From the NCBI GenBank assembly GCA_963693365.1, contig CAVNZM010000003.1, forward strand, positions 11,815,651-11,879,650: DNA of 64,000 nucleotides, read 5' to 3'. This stretch comes from Amoebidium appalachense. Lineage: Eukaryota > Protista > Ichthyosporea. Within the stretch, counting starts at the first letter, position 1. Every line of letters begins with the position of its first letter. Under the pieces are notes generated by a model. That model did not search any database and was not told the DNA's origin. It was given only the letters and a program-made list of their open reading frames with translations. Shown here piece by piece: positions 12,513 through 24,581 of this stretch. Both the position numbers and the translations under genes were made by a program.

Positions 12513-15118
12513 GGCCTGGAGATTGCTTCTTCCAGTGTCACAGGGTCATCCTCATTGCTATCAGCACTCTCAATTGCCATGCTGATACTGTCGCGGTACT
12601 CTACTACACCTGCGTTGATGCCGTAGGTCCCACCGCGCCTTGTAGTCATAGACGGATAGGCACTTCTGGTTGCAACCTGCAACTCTGCACTATCTTCCTC
12701 GTCTCCTGACCCTGCCGCGTCCGAATCGCCGCTGTCCTCGCCCGCGCCGTCGCCGATAGCATCTGAATCATATTCACTGTCAGTGCCGATTGTAGGCTTC
12801 CGAAAGGAATGTTGCTTTTTGACGCTGATTGGATTCCTCGATTCCAAGCTCTGCTGATTTCCGATTGGCTTATGCATCAGCAATTCCATTGGCTCATCTT
12901 GCACCACCGGAATACCGGCCTTTGGGGTGCATGATTCATCGATCACCACATCTCGCCCGACGATAGTCTTGCGCGCCTCGGTGTCCCACAACAAGTACGT
13001 CTTGCTGTCACCTGTGTAGCCGACGAATTTACACTCCCGACTCTTGGCGTCTAGCTTCCTGCGCTCGTCCTTCGGCACATGGACAAATGCCTTGCTACCA
13101 AATACACGTAGATGGCTAACATCGGGCTTCTCTCCATACCATGCCTCCCAAGGTGTCATGCCACCCAGTACTGTGGTTGGCGTCAGGTTCTTGATGTACA
13201 CAGCTGCCTGTACTGCCAGCTGCCAGAACCCCATACTCATGCCTGCTGACTGCAGCATGCAGCGCGCCGTCTCGACAATGGTCCTGTTAGCCCTCTCTGC
13301 TACACCATTCTGCTCTGGTGTGTAAGGGACTGTCGCCTCATGTTCAATGCCGCACGCTTCCAGGAACGACTTGAACTCAGTGGAGGTGTACTCACCCCCG
13401 TTGTCGGAACGCAGAATCTTGATGCTGGCACCGTGTTGCTTCTCTACGTGTGCCTTGTACTTCTTGAAGTAAGTATGCACTTGGGATTTATGTTTCATGA
13501 AGTACACCGTAGTGAACCTTGTCTTGTCGTCGATGAAGGTGACATAATACTTGGAACCTTGCAGCAACTCCTTGTTGAACGGTCCTGCCACATCAGAATG
13601 AACTCTGTCGAGCTTCGCTGGCGCTGTCTTGCGGGGTAGCTTACTGAAAGAGAGCCGGGCTTGCTTCCCTCTCGCGCATCCCTCGCACACACCGTCATCC
13701 TGGGTTTTGCAGTCGATGCACAGACCCTCGACGATGTTTTCTTTAACCATCTTCTGTAGCGTGTTTATTGCCACATGACCAAACCGCCGGTGCCATAAAC
13801 TGGCGCTGCCCTTTACCGGCTCACACACGGTGTTACCCCCACTGCTGCCGACTGCAGTGGTCACCATGTTCACGCTCTCACATACGGGTTTCACTAGGAG
13901 ACGATACAGGCCTCCCTCCACTACCCCACGGGCCACAACTTGGCCATCTGTGGCACTCTCAATCGTACACTGTCGACCGTCGGTGATGCCTCTTAACCCG
14001 TGCTTGCCGGCGCTTGAAGCCGACATCACGTTAGTTCCAAATGCTGGCACGTACAGCACATTCTGCAGTCTAAATGTCATGCTGTTGCCCTGGAACTCAC
14101 TTGTTAATCTTACGACGCCTATTCCTAGCGCCATCACACCCGGGGTGTTACCCAGAGCGACGGGTTTGGGTGTGATCGACCGGAAGTCTTCCATCCAGTC
14201 CTTTCGGCATGTGACATGGGAGGTTGCGCCGCAGTCCCAATACCACTCAATTGAAGAAGGGAGTCCGCTGTTTACCGCCATGGCGAGTATCTCCTTGGAA
14301 GCTCCGTTCTGCTTCGCCTTGTCGCCGCGATTGCCGCCCTTCTTCTTCTTTGGACACTGTGACTTGTAGTGCCCAAACTTGTGACATTTGTAACACTCCA
14401 CCTTGGATATGTCAGTCACGCGCGGCTTGCCGGTGTCCTGTCGTGGCGTACCGCCGCGCCATTGGGTGCTGGTCATCATCACCCGCTGCTGTTCCCTTGC
14501 AGCCTCGTTCTCCTCAAAACCACGCAGCTTGGCGATTATCTTTTCCATTGTCTTCTCAGCTGCTGGTAAAGCTTGAATGGTCCTAACGTCGGTGCGGAAT
14601 CGGTCGTCAGCGCCTACACCGTCCAGGAATTTCTCGGCAACCATGTCCTCACTAACTCCATTGGGATCGATATGAAGAAGATCCTGCACAATGCACTCCA
14701 GGCGGGCCGCATACTCCAGCACGCTTTCCGTCGGCATCATATCAGCACGCCAGAACTGTTGAATCAACATTCTCTTGTGCTCATCTGTGTTGCGCGCAGC
14801 GTATGATGCTACCGTATCCCATATGTCCTTGGGATTTCCTACGGCAATAGCTCGCCGACACAGGCTTGCAGGTACATCACCTAGTGTCTCCACCAGGTAG
14901 GAAGTCGCCTTCTTCTGATCCAAGGGGTTGATCTCCACCGGAGGTTGCTCCACCGGTTCGCCGTCCTCTCCTATCACTTCAGGAGCCACGTCTTCAATCG
15001 TGTACCATAATTCCTCGCCCTCGAGGAAGCACTTCATGCGCATGGCCCACATTGAGTAGGAGATTTTGCCCTTGCCTTCTCCTTCATACATGGGAACTGG
15101 ACATTTTGCTCTTCCCAT
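12449..15118 (-). CDS. gag-pol: Copia gag-protease-integrase polyprotein (889 aa), truncated before RT
   Basis: CCHC knuckle CYKCHKFGHYKSQC; protease WYWDCGATSH; GAG-pre-integrase LWHRRFGH and CEGC; integrase VHSDV..RSDNGGEY..QNGVAER; SH3-like KLDAKSRECKFVGY. Confidence 0.95.
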   Translation of the reverse strand: MGRAKCPVPMYEGEGKGKISYSMWAMRMKCFLEGEELWYTIEDVAPEVIGEDGEPVEQPPVEINPLDQKKATSYLVETLGDVPASLCRRAIAVGNPKDIWDTVASYAARNTDEHKRMLIQQFWRADMMPTESVLEYAARLECIVQDLLHIDPNGVSEDMVAEKFLDGVGADDRFRTDVRTIQALPAAEKTMEKIIAKLRGFEENEAAREQQRVMMTSTQWRGGTPRQDTGKPRVTDISKVECYKCHKFGHYKSQCPKKKKGGNRGDKAKQNGASKEILAMAVNSGLPSSIEWYWDCGATSHVTCRKDWMEDFRSITPKPVALGNTPGVMALGIGVVRLTSEFQGNSMTFRLQNVLYVPAFGTNVMSASSAGKHGLRGITDGRQCTIESATDGQVVARGVVEGGLYRLLVKPVCESVNMVTTAVGSSGGNTVCEPVKGSASLWHRRFGHVAINTLQKMVKENIVEGLCIDCKTQDDGVCEGCARGKQARLSFSKLPRKTAPAKLDRVHSDVAGPFNKELLQGSKYYVTFIDDKTRFTTVYFMKHKSQVHTYFKKYKAHVEKQHGASIKILRSDNGGEYTSTEFKSFLEACGIEHEATVPYTPEQNGVAERANRTIVETARCMLQSAGMSMGFWQLAVQAAVYIKNLTPTTVLGGMTPWEAWYGEKPDVSHLRVFGSKAFVHVPKDERRKLDAKSRECKFVGYTGDSKTYLLWDTEARKTIVGRDVVIDESCTPKAGIPVVQDEPMELLMHKPIGNQQSLESRNPISVKKQHSFRKPTIGTDSEYDSDAIGDGAGEDSGDSDAAGSGDEEDSAELQVATRSAYPSMTTRRGGTYGINAGVVEYRDSISMAIESADSNEDDPVTLEEAISRPASNTSTFSTTTPVSVWRMGM

Positions 15119-15675
15119 CTTGTCTCAACAGTCGCTTGATCGTAGCGTTGCACTGGGTCCGTAACCGTAACTTAGAGGTTTCTCTGTGAGACTTTATTAT
15201 TTGCTGACTTGCATTGACTGGCCCACCGGGACCTTTATATACTTGTGGTCTGGCTCACTGGAATGTTACATACTACATCACCTAGTGTCTCCACCAGGTA
15301 GGAAGTCGCCTTCTTCTGATCCAAGGGGTTGATCTCCACCGGAGGTTGCTCCACCGGTTCGCCGTCCTCTCCTATCACTTCAGGAGCCACGTCTTCAATC
15401 GTGTACCATAATTCCTCGCCCTCGAGGAAGCACTTCATGCGCATGGCCCACATTGAGTAGGAGATTTTGCCCTTGCCTTCTCCTTCATACATGGGAACTG
15501 GACATTTTGCTCTTCCCATCTTGTCTCAACAGTCGCTTGATCGTAGCGTTGCACTGGGCCCATAACCGTAACTTAGAGGTTTCTCTGTGAGACTTTATTA
15601 TTTGCTGACTTGCATTGACTGGCCCACCGGGACCTTTATATACTTGTGGTCTGGCTCACTGGAATGTTACATACT
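14874..15675 (-). repeat. 401-bp tandem duplication of LTR end + PBS + gag 5' region
   Basis: The gag ATG occurs at both 15118 and 15519. There is an extra LTR piece at 15167-15275, and the second PBS is altered to GGTTACGGACCCAG. Confidence 0.9.
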
Positions 15676-16639
15676 ATTCCCGATTGGTCTACCCGCCGCT
15701 ATGGATCTAGTCGCTACCAATCAAAACACTCCAATAGAATCTTCTAGACTCTTCTAGATCTATCCTGATCTATCGTGAACCTATCCACCAGTTTATCCCG
15801 AATATCTCGAATATTCCCGATCACTAGTGCTACGCTAACGCAGGGCATACCGGATGGCTATCCTGTTCGACACCGCAGAGTCTAAATCTACATTTCATAC
15901 TATCCTCCCCCCCCTCCCTCCCCCCCTTTCCTCTACATCTAAATATATAAATACGTTTGGCAACATACACTATCAAACCTTGCCAATACTTACAAAAGGG
16001 CTTCTGCCCGAACAATCACATTCCTAAGTCCTCCTACGATCTATCCTACACACTAATTAGAATTCTATTGGTCGGCTGCCCCGGCTGACGTGGTCCAATG
16101 CCCTGCGCCGGCAGAGGCAAGATGCACACAGCTGTACAGCGATCTTGAGGCCCCGGACTTGATCTTGATGATCTGTGGACCCGGGCCACCCCCCCCCCCC
16201 CCCCCCCCCCCGATCTCGATCGTAGACTTAGGCTAATCTGCTGAGACGGATTAGTATATGTCAACTCCCCCCCCGGCCCCCGGAAAAGCTGAGTCCCACC
16301 TCAGTCACATTACATCTAACACCCCCTAAAAAGACATAGACTAATCAGTCTCCTAAAAAAAAATAAATTAGATAAATTATGAAGAAAAATAATAAATTAA
16401 TCTACACCATAAGCTTGATACCTACGGAGACACCTATGATAATAAATTAAATTCCTACGACTACGTTCACACTCCTCCCTCGGTCTCCTCCCCCCCCCCC
16501 CTCCCCCCGTGTGTCTACGTGTATTTGCATCACTCCCCCCCCCCGGCCCCCTCCCCCACCGACTTTTTCACACCACGATTAAACTGAGGAATAACTCTCT
16601 CAAAGTTTGGCCTAGAGGGAGCACTAGGCAACTCCCTCT

Positions 16640-18138
16640 GCACTAATCTAGCCTCATAAGCACGAATAGAAAACGGGCAATCCAAATGAAACTCAGGCAA
16701 CCACTGATCTTCCTGATAACCTCCCTCAAAACGAATTAATTTAATAATTTACCTTACCTTCCTTACCTTCGATAACCTTTTTATCCATAATTTTATCTAC
16801 TGCAGCCTCCGATACATCCACCGACCCGTCATAGTTGGGGGTGAATGCATCTAACACTCGACGGCCCTCCGGCCGTTTAACCCTAAGGGCCCTATCATAA
16901 TATTCCTTTATATCATCTACATTATAAAATCTAACATCACTCTCATTATCTAACCTCTGCACCTTATATTCCGTCGGACCTAACCTAGCCACTATTTTAT
17001 ACGGACCGATAAAAAGAGGCAACCATTTCTTACCATACTTACGAAGACCTTCACCTTCACCCTTACCTTCCTGCTCCTGCTTATATCTCTTTTTCCTAGT
17101 ATGATCCCTAATTAAAACTAAAGTACCCTCGGCAAATTCACGTAACGGACGTGTGGACACGTCTGCACGTGTCTGTGCCTGCTGTGTACGGGCCAGAGCT
17201 GCATCACGTGCAGCCCGGGCCCGGGTTAGTAGCTGCTCCCGGAACTCAGTCCAGTGGGGATAAGTTAGTCGGTCAGCCCCCCCCATCGGCAAAAGTGCCG
17301 TATCTAACAAACTAATAGCCTCCTGCCCATAGACCAAATAAAACGGAGAAAAACCAGTCACAGCATGAGGGGTAGAATTATATGAATGAGCAATAAACCT
17401 AGACATATGATCCCAATCATTAGCCTCCACATCCACCATTTTGCCAAAGGACTTCTGAAACACTGCATGCACACGTTCAGAGATGGCATTTGCTTGAGGG
17501 TGATATGCAGACGTAGTGATATGAGCTACCCTTAAAATTTTACACACCTCCGACACCAACTGATTTAAAAACACACGACTCCTATCCGTTAACAAAACAC
17601 GAGGACAACCAAACCTAAGACAAATTTCATCCACAAAAATACGAGCAAACAAAACGGCATTAGCAGTGGGGAGAGGAAAAACTTCAACCCAACGAGTGGC
17701 CACATCGGTGACGGTAACAAGAACAGTGTTACCCTCAACCGTAGAATTAAAAGGACCGACCACATCCACTGCTACCCTTTCAAACATACGAACATTAAAA
17801 TCCCTAATAAACGACGGGCGGGAACGAGAGTGGGGACTCTCATTCCTTTCCTGACAATGCATGCATGACAACACATAATCCCTCACCTCCCTACTCATAC
17901 CCGGCCAAAAATACGAACGATTAACACGAAGCAACGTCCTATTTACACCTAAATGACCAGCCATGGGATGCTCATGCACCATATGCAAAACCTCAGGCAC
18001 AAGTGCCGTCGGGACCCAAACTCGGTGTCCGTCTGGCCCAGAACAATGATAAACTAAATCCTGCTCTACCTGACACATTTTTGCTAACTTAGCTACCTTA
18101 ATCATCTGCCTTTTTATTTTTAAATTTAATCGAATCAA
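16640..18138 (-). CDS. pol: Gypsy integrase with a C-terminal chromodomain (frameshift at ~16741)
   Basis: HEHPMAGHLG..CMHCQ zinc finger; VAVDVVGPF..TDRS..ISER catalytic core; FIGPYKI GPY/F motif. Chromodomain reads VDKIMDKKV..KVNY / LIRFEGGYQEDQWLPEFHLDCPFSIRAYE across a ~4-bp duplication. Confidence 0.9.
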
Positions 18139-18342
18139 CCGGCCCCTTTAAATAATTCTTAACCAGACCAATCAACACATCTTCCTCCTGAGCTAAGATC
18201 AAAGCCGTAGGTGCTAAGGCAGGGGCCGAGCCATGAGACTCGGTCCCGACCTCAGACACTGACAAATACCTCCCCCCCCCTCCCCTACACTTATAAGCAA
18301 GCAACCCCGGAGCCCAAGAAGACACATCAACAGACACAGCAT

Positions 18343-20029
18343 CTATTCCTTTCTTCTCACTCTCCCCCCCCTTCCCCCCTCCCCCCCCCCATCTCTCACT
18401 AGCCCCCCCTCCCCCTCCTTCTCTTCTTCAAACAAGATATAAGCAGCACGAGAGAGAGCATCACAGTCAACCATTGTTTCACCCTTGGCATAAAACAATT
18501 TATAGGAGAACTCACCGAGAGCTGCGGCCCACTTCTGCATCCTCTCGTTGACCAGACGAGTGGTGCCGGCCATGGCTAGGCAGGGCTTGTGGTCGGTGTA
18601 GACCTCAAACGTCCTGCCTGCGAGTATATACCTCCATGCCTGTGAGACTGCCCAAAAGATAGCATGGGACTCTCTCTCTGGATTGCTATATCTACGTTCA
18701 CTTTTACTAAATGAACGACTAGCATAAGCAATCACTCTATCCTGCCCCTCCTGCACTTGATATAACACGGCCCCCTCAGCAACCTTACTTGCATCACACC
18801 GAACTTTAAACATCCCCCCCCCGGCCGAAAAATCAGGATGAACAAGCATACTCGAAGACTGCAAAGCTAACTTAAGCTTTTCGAAAGCAGAAACAGCATC
18901 AACATTCCAATCTATTCTATTCTTCTTCTCCCCCCCCGTCTGACTAGTTAACGGCAAAGCAAGCATACTATAATCCTTAATATAACGACGAAGATAATTA
19001 GTTAAACCTAAAAATTGCCTTAGTTGAGTGACAGTCTGAGGACGGGGCCACTCAACTATGGCCCGGATTTTCTCCGGATCAGGGGAAAGACCATTACTAG
19101 ACACAATATGACCTAAAAACTTAACCTCCGGCACACCAATCACAGTCTTGCTACCGCTAATACGAAGACCAGACTCACCCAAAGCTAAAAATACTTGTTC
19201 ACAATTATTAACTAACTCCTCAAATGACCTACCTTTAATTAAAACATCATCCAAATAAGGGTGGCATACATCCAAAATGAGGGTGGAGAATTTTATACAT
19301 TACCCGGCACAACATAGCTGGAGAGGAGAGCAAACCCATCGGCACCACCTTGTACTGGAACAGCTGGTCACCCAGTGCAAAGGCAGTCTTCTCCTTGCTG
19401 CTCTCCTCCAACCTTATCTGCCAAAAAGCTGCTTTTAAATCAAGTTTAGCAAAGTGAGTATAGCCGTGCAGCTGTGAAAGCTGCTCGTCTATGTTAGGGA
19501 GAGGCCATTGGTCTGCCTTAGTGATCCGATTCAGAGCCCTGTAATCGTTCACTAGACGCCAAGACCCGTCGGGCTTCTTAACCAATAGCACCGGACTTCT
19601 CCACGGACTCGAACTATGCTCCACATGACCCTTTTTTAACATATCACTCACTATTATTAGCGCATCCGACAATTTATACTGCTCCATTCTATAGCTAGGC
19701 ATCACTACCGGCCTATTATCACCTGTGTCGATCTGCATTTCAAACCCTTTAACGAAGCCTACTTCGTTATCATCGGCCAGAAATGCAAACCGAGTCCTAT
19801 CAAATAACTTTGCTAATAACTGTTTCTGCTCCACCGTCCAATCCCCCTCCTTCATACCAAACGGCAATACTAACTCCGGGTTACCCCCATCACAAGTGGA
19901 TGCATCCTTATTCACCGGAGTGCCACTTAACATTTCACCTCCTGTATTACATCGGTGCTGCACGGGGTGAGTTTGAGGTACCTCCGGATATAGGCGGTCA
20001 CCCTCAGCACCCCCCTCCCCCCGGCACAC
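18343..20029 (-). CDS. pol: Gypsy reverse transcriptase and RNase H (frameshift at ~19275)
   Basis: SPWRSPVLLVKKPDGSWRLVNDYRALN, LDLKAAFWQI, KTAF, VPMGL and YLDDVLI in RT. CDAS..AYASR..ERE..YTDHK..DALSR in RH. Confidence 0.93.
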
Positions 20030-21564
20030 CCATGCCCCCGGGCAATTCCTGATGAGTTAGTGCATGTATGTGGGGGGCCAGGTCTGTGGCCACCCTGCCC
20101 CCCACGGTGTTGGTTAACCCGTCAGATCCACGGGTTAGACCAACACCCTCCCCCCCTGCCTGCACATTCTCACACCCGGGGTGACCCTCCTTCCTCTTGG
20201 GGGTCGGGGGAGTGGGACCGGTGCTGTCCCGGTTCCCCCCCCCATCGTGTCGGGTGACATTTTGGTGGCATACGTTAAATAAAGTTGTTCCCCCTCCTCC
20301 TGAGTCACCCTTCGAGCCGGCATCCTCCTTTTGGGTAATAAGAGAGACCTCTATACTACCAATCTCATTAGTGAAACTACCGACGGAAACACCTGACCTA
20401 ATCACTATAGGCTCGATGCCCGGATTCACTAATTCTATTTCTATTGTCTTATCCGGCCATACCCTACTAAGGGTCCATTGAGCCACCTCCTGAAATGGGG
20501 TTTTCGGAGTAAAAACCCCTAAATCCCCTATCCTAACATGATTGCCGGCCCGGACACGTACCGTTTGGCACTGATAAGGCTCGATTACTACTTCAGCTAC
20601 CGTTCTAGCACCAGACTGATAACCGTCGAGCCCATCATGGGTTTTAATTTTAACGCCGGACTGCAATTCTAAAACATTCGTACGTTCAAACAAAGCATTC
20701 ACATGTCTACGGAAAAATCATTGGGGCTCCCAACAAAACACTTTGAGCTAAATCCTTAACCACATAACAAGCAATATGCATAGCCTGGCCACCTATCTCA
20801 CACGGCAACACACAAACACCTTCCACAGACATACTACTATTATTAGCACTACCTACGGCTGTGCTAGAAGCATCTAAAATAGGAATTTCCCCCCCGGCCT
20901 GATTAAAACGACGAATAAACGAAGCATGCACACAATTAACCTGAGCCCCTCCATCGAGCAAAGCAACAGCCTTCAACTTACCATCAGCTAACCATACGTC
21001 TATATAATGCCGGCTAAAACCAACTAAATCCTCCTCCAATTCAAGCAACACATCATCACTCATACCCAATCCCTGCCCACGAAGACTCACACCCTCGATA
21101 CCTACGTGCAACATACCTACCTGTGGTGCCTGCACGGGTGGGGTGGGGTGTGTATGTGATGTGGGTGGTGGTGGAGTGTGTGTGTGTGGTGTGTGGGTGG
21201 GTGGTGTGTGTGTGTTTGGTGGATGTGTGGGTGTGTGTGTGGGTGTAGGTGTGTCTGCAACCGTCGTATGTTGTTGTGGTGGTGTGTTTCTACGTGTCTG
21301 TGCCTTCCCCCCCCTTCCCCCTTTACTCGTGTGTGCCCCCCCCCCTCCCGGGAACAATGGCACAGAAACCCCCTCCGGTGTGGTTAGAACAAACACCGGG
21401 TTGGGACAAGAAACACTGAGACCATCCACTGGTGGCTGGGGAACCTCCCCCAACCACAAAACATTCACACCATTCATACCTTTGGTAGAGTCACCCCACA
21501 AACATTCATGCCATACCACCTCGACGCTGTCTTGAGGACCCACGACGATGCCCGGCTCCCACAC
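20004..21564 (-). CDS. pol: Gypsy aspartic protease followed by a dUTPase-like (beta-clip) spacer domain, frameshifted
   Basis: ALLDGGAQVNCV...VLLG protease motifs, then VVIEPYQCQTVRV..IEIELVNPGIEPIVIRSGVSVG. Confidence 0.75.
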
Positions 21565-21701
21565 GTATCGGGGCGGTGAGGGGACAAAGGGAAGCTTAAC
21601 CTGGGGTGGGGGAGGGTGAAGGTTCTCTGCAACCTGGGGGGGACCGATACTGTCCCCCCCCCCCCTCCCTCAGTGACCCCAGCTTCCCCCTCCCCCGGAA
21701 C

Positions 21702-23035
21702 TCAATAGCTCTTGTAACTACGGCAATATGCAGCAGAGTGCCCTTGCCGGCCACAAAAGTAACATGCCCCAAAGAAGGGGCCAGGGGGGACTTCAAAACC
21801 TTGGCGCAAAGCATAACCGGGAGCCCGGTCATGCTGGGGGGGCCCACCGTGTGCACCACGGCCCCCCCTTCCCCCCTGCCCCCCTCGGCCTCTCTCACCA
21901 CCATTTCCACCCCTCCCTCTACCCTGCCCACCACCACGAGCAAGATAAGGGGCAAACCTCTCGGTGAACTGCTGCTGTTGTCCTCCACGTCCACCGCGCC
22001 CACGACCGCCGTGTCCACCCCGGTCGCCGCCACGGCCACCCCGGAAGCCGAAGCCCCCTCGGCCAGAGAAGACGGCCTGGGAGAGCTCGGCAACCTGCTT
22101 GACCAACATGGTGAGTGCATCTGGCTGTTCACCCTCTTTTTTCTCTTTTCCCCCCTTCTGTCCACTCTCCTTCTTTTTCTTGTCGACTTCCATCACCTCC
22201 TTTTTATCCCTCTTATTGAACTTCACCTCGTGCATGGCAAGCAAGTGACGTTTAACATGCAACACCACCTCATCTACATCATCATGCTCCCCAAACATGC
22301 GTGCAGTGTCTGTGTTTACAGAGAGAGCCTTACGAGCAAACTCGAACTTTTCCCTATCACTCACGTCACCAGCTAACTCACAAAGGTCTTCAAAGACCCG
22401 ATATTCCCTCTCAAAGAATGCACGAGCTTCTACGGGGGACATATCTAAAGTGGGAAAGGTATACTTCCATTCTCGTAGCTGGGCCCGGAAGGTACGGCGC
22501 CGGTCGGCCGTCAGGTATCGGCCGACCAGCCGGGCCGTATACTCGAGCTCGTTTTCCGGCCGTGTGAAGGCCTCGAGCTCCCCGTCCACGTCGTCGGTGC
22601 TGTTCTCGTCCTCGTCGTCGGGGATGAACCGTGCGGCCAGACGTTTCTGGCCGAGCGTCCGGGACACCATCTCGTCCCTCCCCTCGTCGTACTGCTGCTC
22701 GTATATACGAGCCGTCACCTGGGGGGCCTGCTCGGCCCGGTACGGGTGCTCCTCCATCAGGGTGCATAGGTCGGCCATAGTCTTGTGGTCGATGCACTGC
22801 TTGATCATTAAGCACGAGGCCGCCACAGTGGGGGCCTTCTTTGTGTCTAACACTAGTGTGGGTGTGTTACTAGGAGTGTCCTAAGCCACCTAGGTATTTC
22901 CGAGTCGTGTTTGAGTGTAAAACTGAAAGCTGTGGTCTGTCTAACGTCTAGTGTATGAACCTGTGGTACCTGTGTGTGCAGGGAGCTATCCTCCGCTGCC
23001 AATGCGTAGAACATGTCTACGTTAAACTTAGCCAT
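21702..23035 (-). CDS. gag: Gypsy gag (probable start at 23035, frameshift at ~22853)
   Basis: RGG-rich tail and CCHC knuckle CYFCGRQGHSAAYC, located just downstream of the 5' LTR. Confidence 0.85.
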
Positions 23036-23067
23036 TGTGTGGTGTGTGCCCGAACTCGTGTGGTTGT

Positions 23068-23101
<34 letters not shown>

Positions 23102-23190
23102 CTGTGTGTTTGAGGTGTAGCAACAGCCCAGAAGGAACTGTCACCGCGTTACCCTAGCGCGAGAAACCGCACTAAAAGAAAGGTGTAGCT

Positions 23191-23894
23191 TGTCGTATCC
23201 TAATGTATATGTACTAGAGACGCGGCACTCTACTAAGTGTACACACACGAAAAGGAACGAACGTGTACGGAAAAACGGTAAAGTTTATTCAGACCAGGCT
23301 CCGACGGGCAAAACTTAGATCCGTACGGAATGAGACTAAGTTACGACTGAGGCCATCAAGGCCGTGCCCTCAAAGATCGTCATCACCTGGCCCCCTACGA
23401 TGCCACATTCCAAACATTCCGATCTACTTTTATCGTGCGCCTGCACGAGCTAAGTCGATCTACTCAACTAATATATTTATCCATGTCTCACCCCTCACCC
23501 TCCCCCTAGTGGCACCGCAGAGTCTAAATCTACATTTCATACTAAACCTCCCTCCCCCCCTTTCCTCTACATCTAAATATATAAATACGTTTGGCAACAT
23601 ACACTATCAAACCTTGCCAATACTTACAAAAGGGCTTCTGCCCGAACAATCACATTCCTAAGTCCTCCTACGATCTATCCTACACACTAATTAGAATTCT
23701 ATTGGTCGGCTGCCCCGGCTGACGTGGTCCAATGCCCTGCGCCGGCAGAGGCAAGATGCACGCAGCTGTACAGCTATCTTGAGGCTCCGGACTTGATCTT
23801 GATGATCTGTGGACCCGGGCCACCCCCCCCCCCCCCCCCCCCGATCTCGATCGTAGACTTAGGCTAATCTGCTGAGACGGATTTGTATATGTCA
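23191..23894 (-). repeat. Gypsy 5' LTR (704 bp)
   Basis: Reads TGACAT...TACGACA on the minus strand and contains the uninterrupted copia target ggcaCCGCAgagtc. Confidence 0.95.
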
Positions 23895-24581
23895 ACACCG
23901 TGTTTCACGTGTGTGAAGGAGTTTGCTCAGTGCGCGGGTGAGCGAACTTGTGGGAGTTTCACCGTGGAAACATTGATGAATGATGGCAAGAACATTGCAT
24001 GGCGGTGGCGTTATGGTAGCCGTTGTTTGTTGTTCCAAACGTATTAGCACAGCACTGGAAAATTATTGTCAATGATCCCGCTCGGAGCGCGTTGGTGAGT
24101 TCGGTTTAGCGCGTGGAGCGAAGTGACGCTCAAACCAAGCCGTACGGGAGCTCTTAGTCAGCCCTAGTATACATATAGGCGGTAGTCAGTAGGCTAGTCT
24201 ACGTACACTAGGAAGACAGGTGAAGGGGTGCGTTGTCACTGCACTTTCGCTGGCAGTTTTGTGGCAGTAGTGTTTAGTTGGTTAGGGTGACTCCGAGAGA
24301 GACTAGCCGTTCACGGTTTAGGCACTACGGAAACTTTGGGCAGTAGGTGAGGTAGAACAGGCACGCACACACGCACCAACACAAGTAGTTAGGCAGGCAG
24401 TGGAACGCTGTAGGCTAGGGAGCAAGGTATTCACACCCTTGCGGTTTGACACTAGGTTTGCCCTCGTGGGCTTGGGCACCGGTGCAAGTGGCACCGGGGA
24501 CGGCAATTTGGACAGGGCGTGTACGGGAGCACGAGTGGCGTGTACGGTAGCACGAGTGTCGGAAGTCGGAATGGCGTGGTA

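Larger units (their letters stand above)
11903..15872 (-). mobile_element. Ty1/copia retrotransposon, RT-deleted, nested in the gypsy LTR
   Basis: CCGCA TSD at 11898-11902 and 15873-15877. ~306-bp LTRs at 11903-12208 and 15567/15568-15872 look identical apart from the terminal base. PPT gcaagtggggg. PBS GGTTATGGGCCCAG at 15554-15567. Confidence 0.96.
11574..16263 (-). repeat. Gypsy 3' LTR split by the copia insertion (11574-11902 + 15873-16263)
   Basis: Both halves align to 23191-23894 with about 6 substitutions plus poly-C indels. Confidence 0.95.
11574..23894 (-). mobile_element. Ty3/gypsy LTR retrotransposon with an integrase chromodomain, frameshifted
   Basis: ACACC TSD at 11569-11573 and 23895-23899. 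LTRs are TG..CA. A G-rich PPT abuts 16263. Domain order is gag-PR-RT-RH-IN-chromo. Confidence 0.95.
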
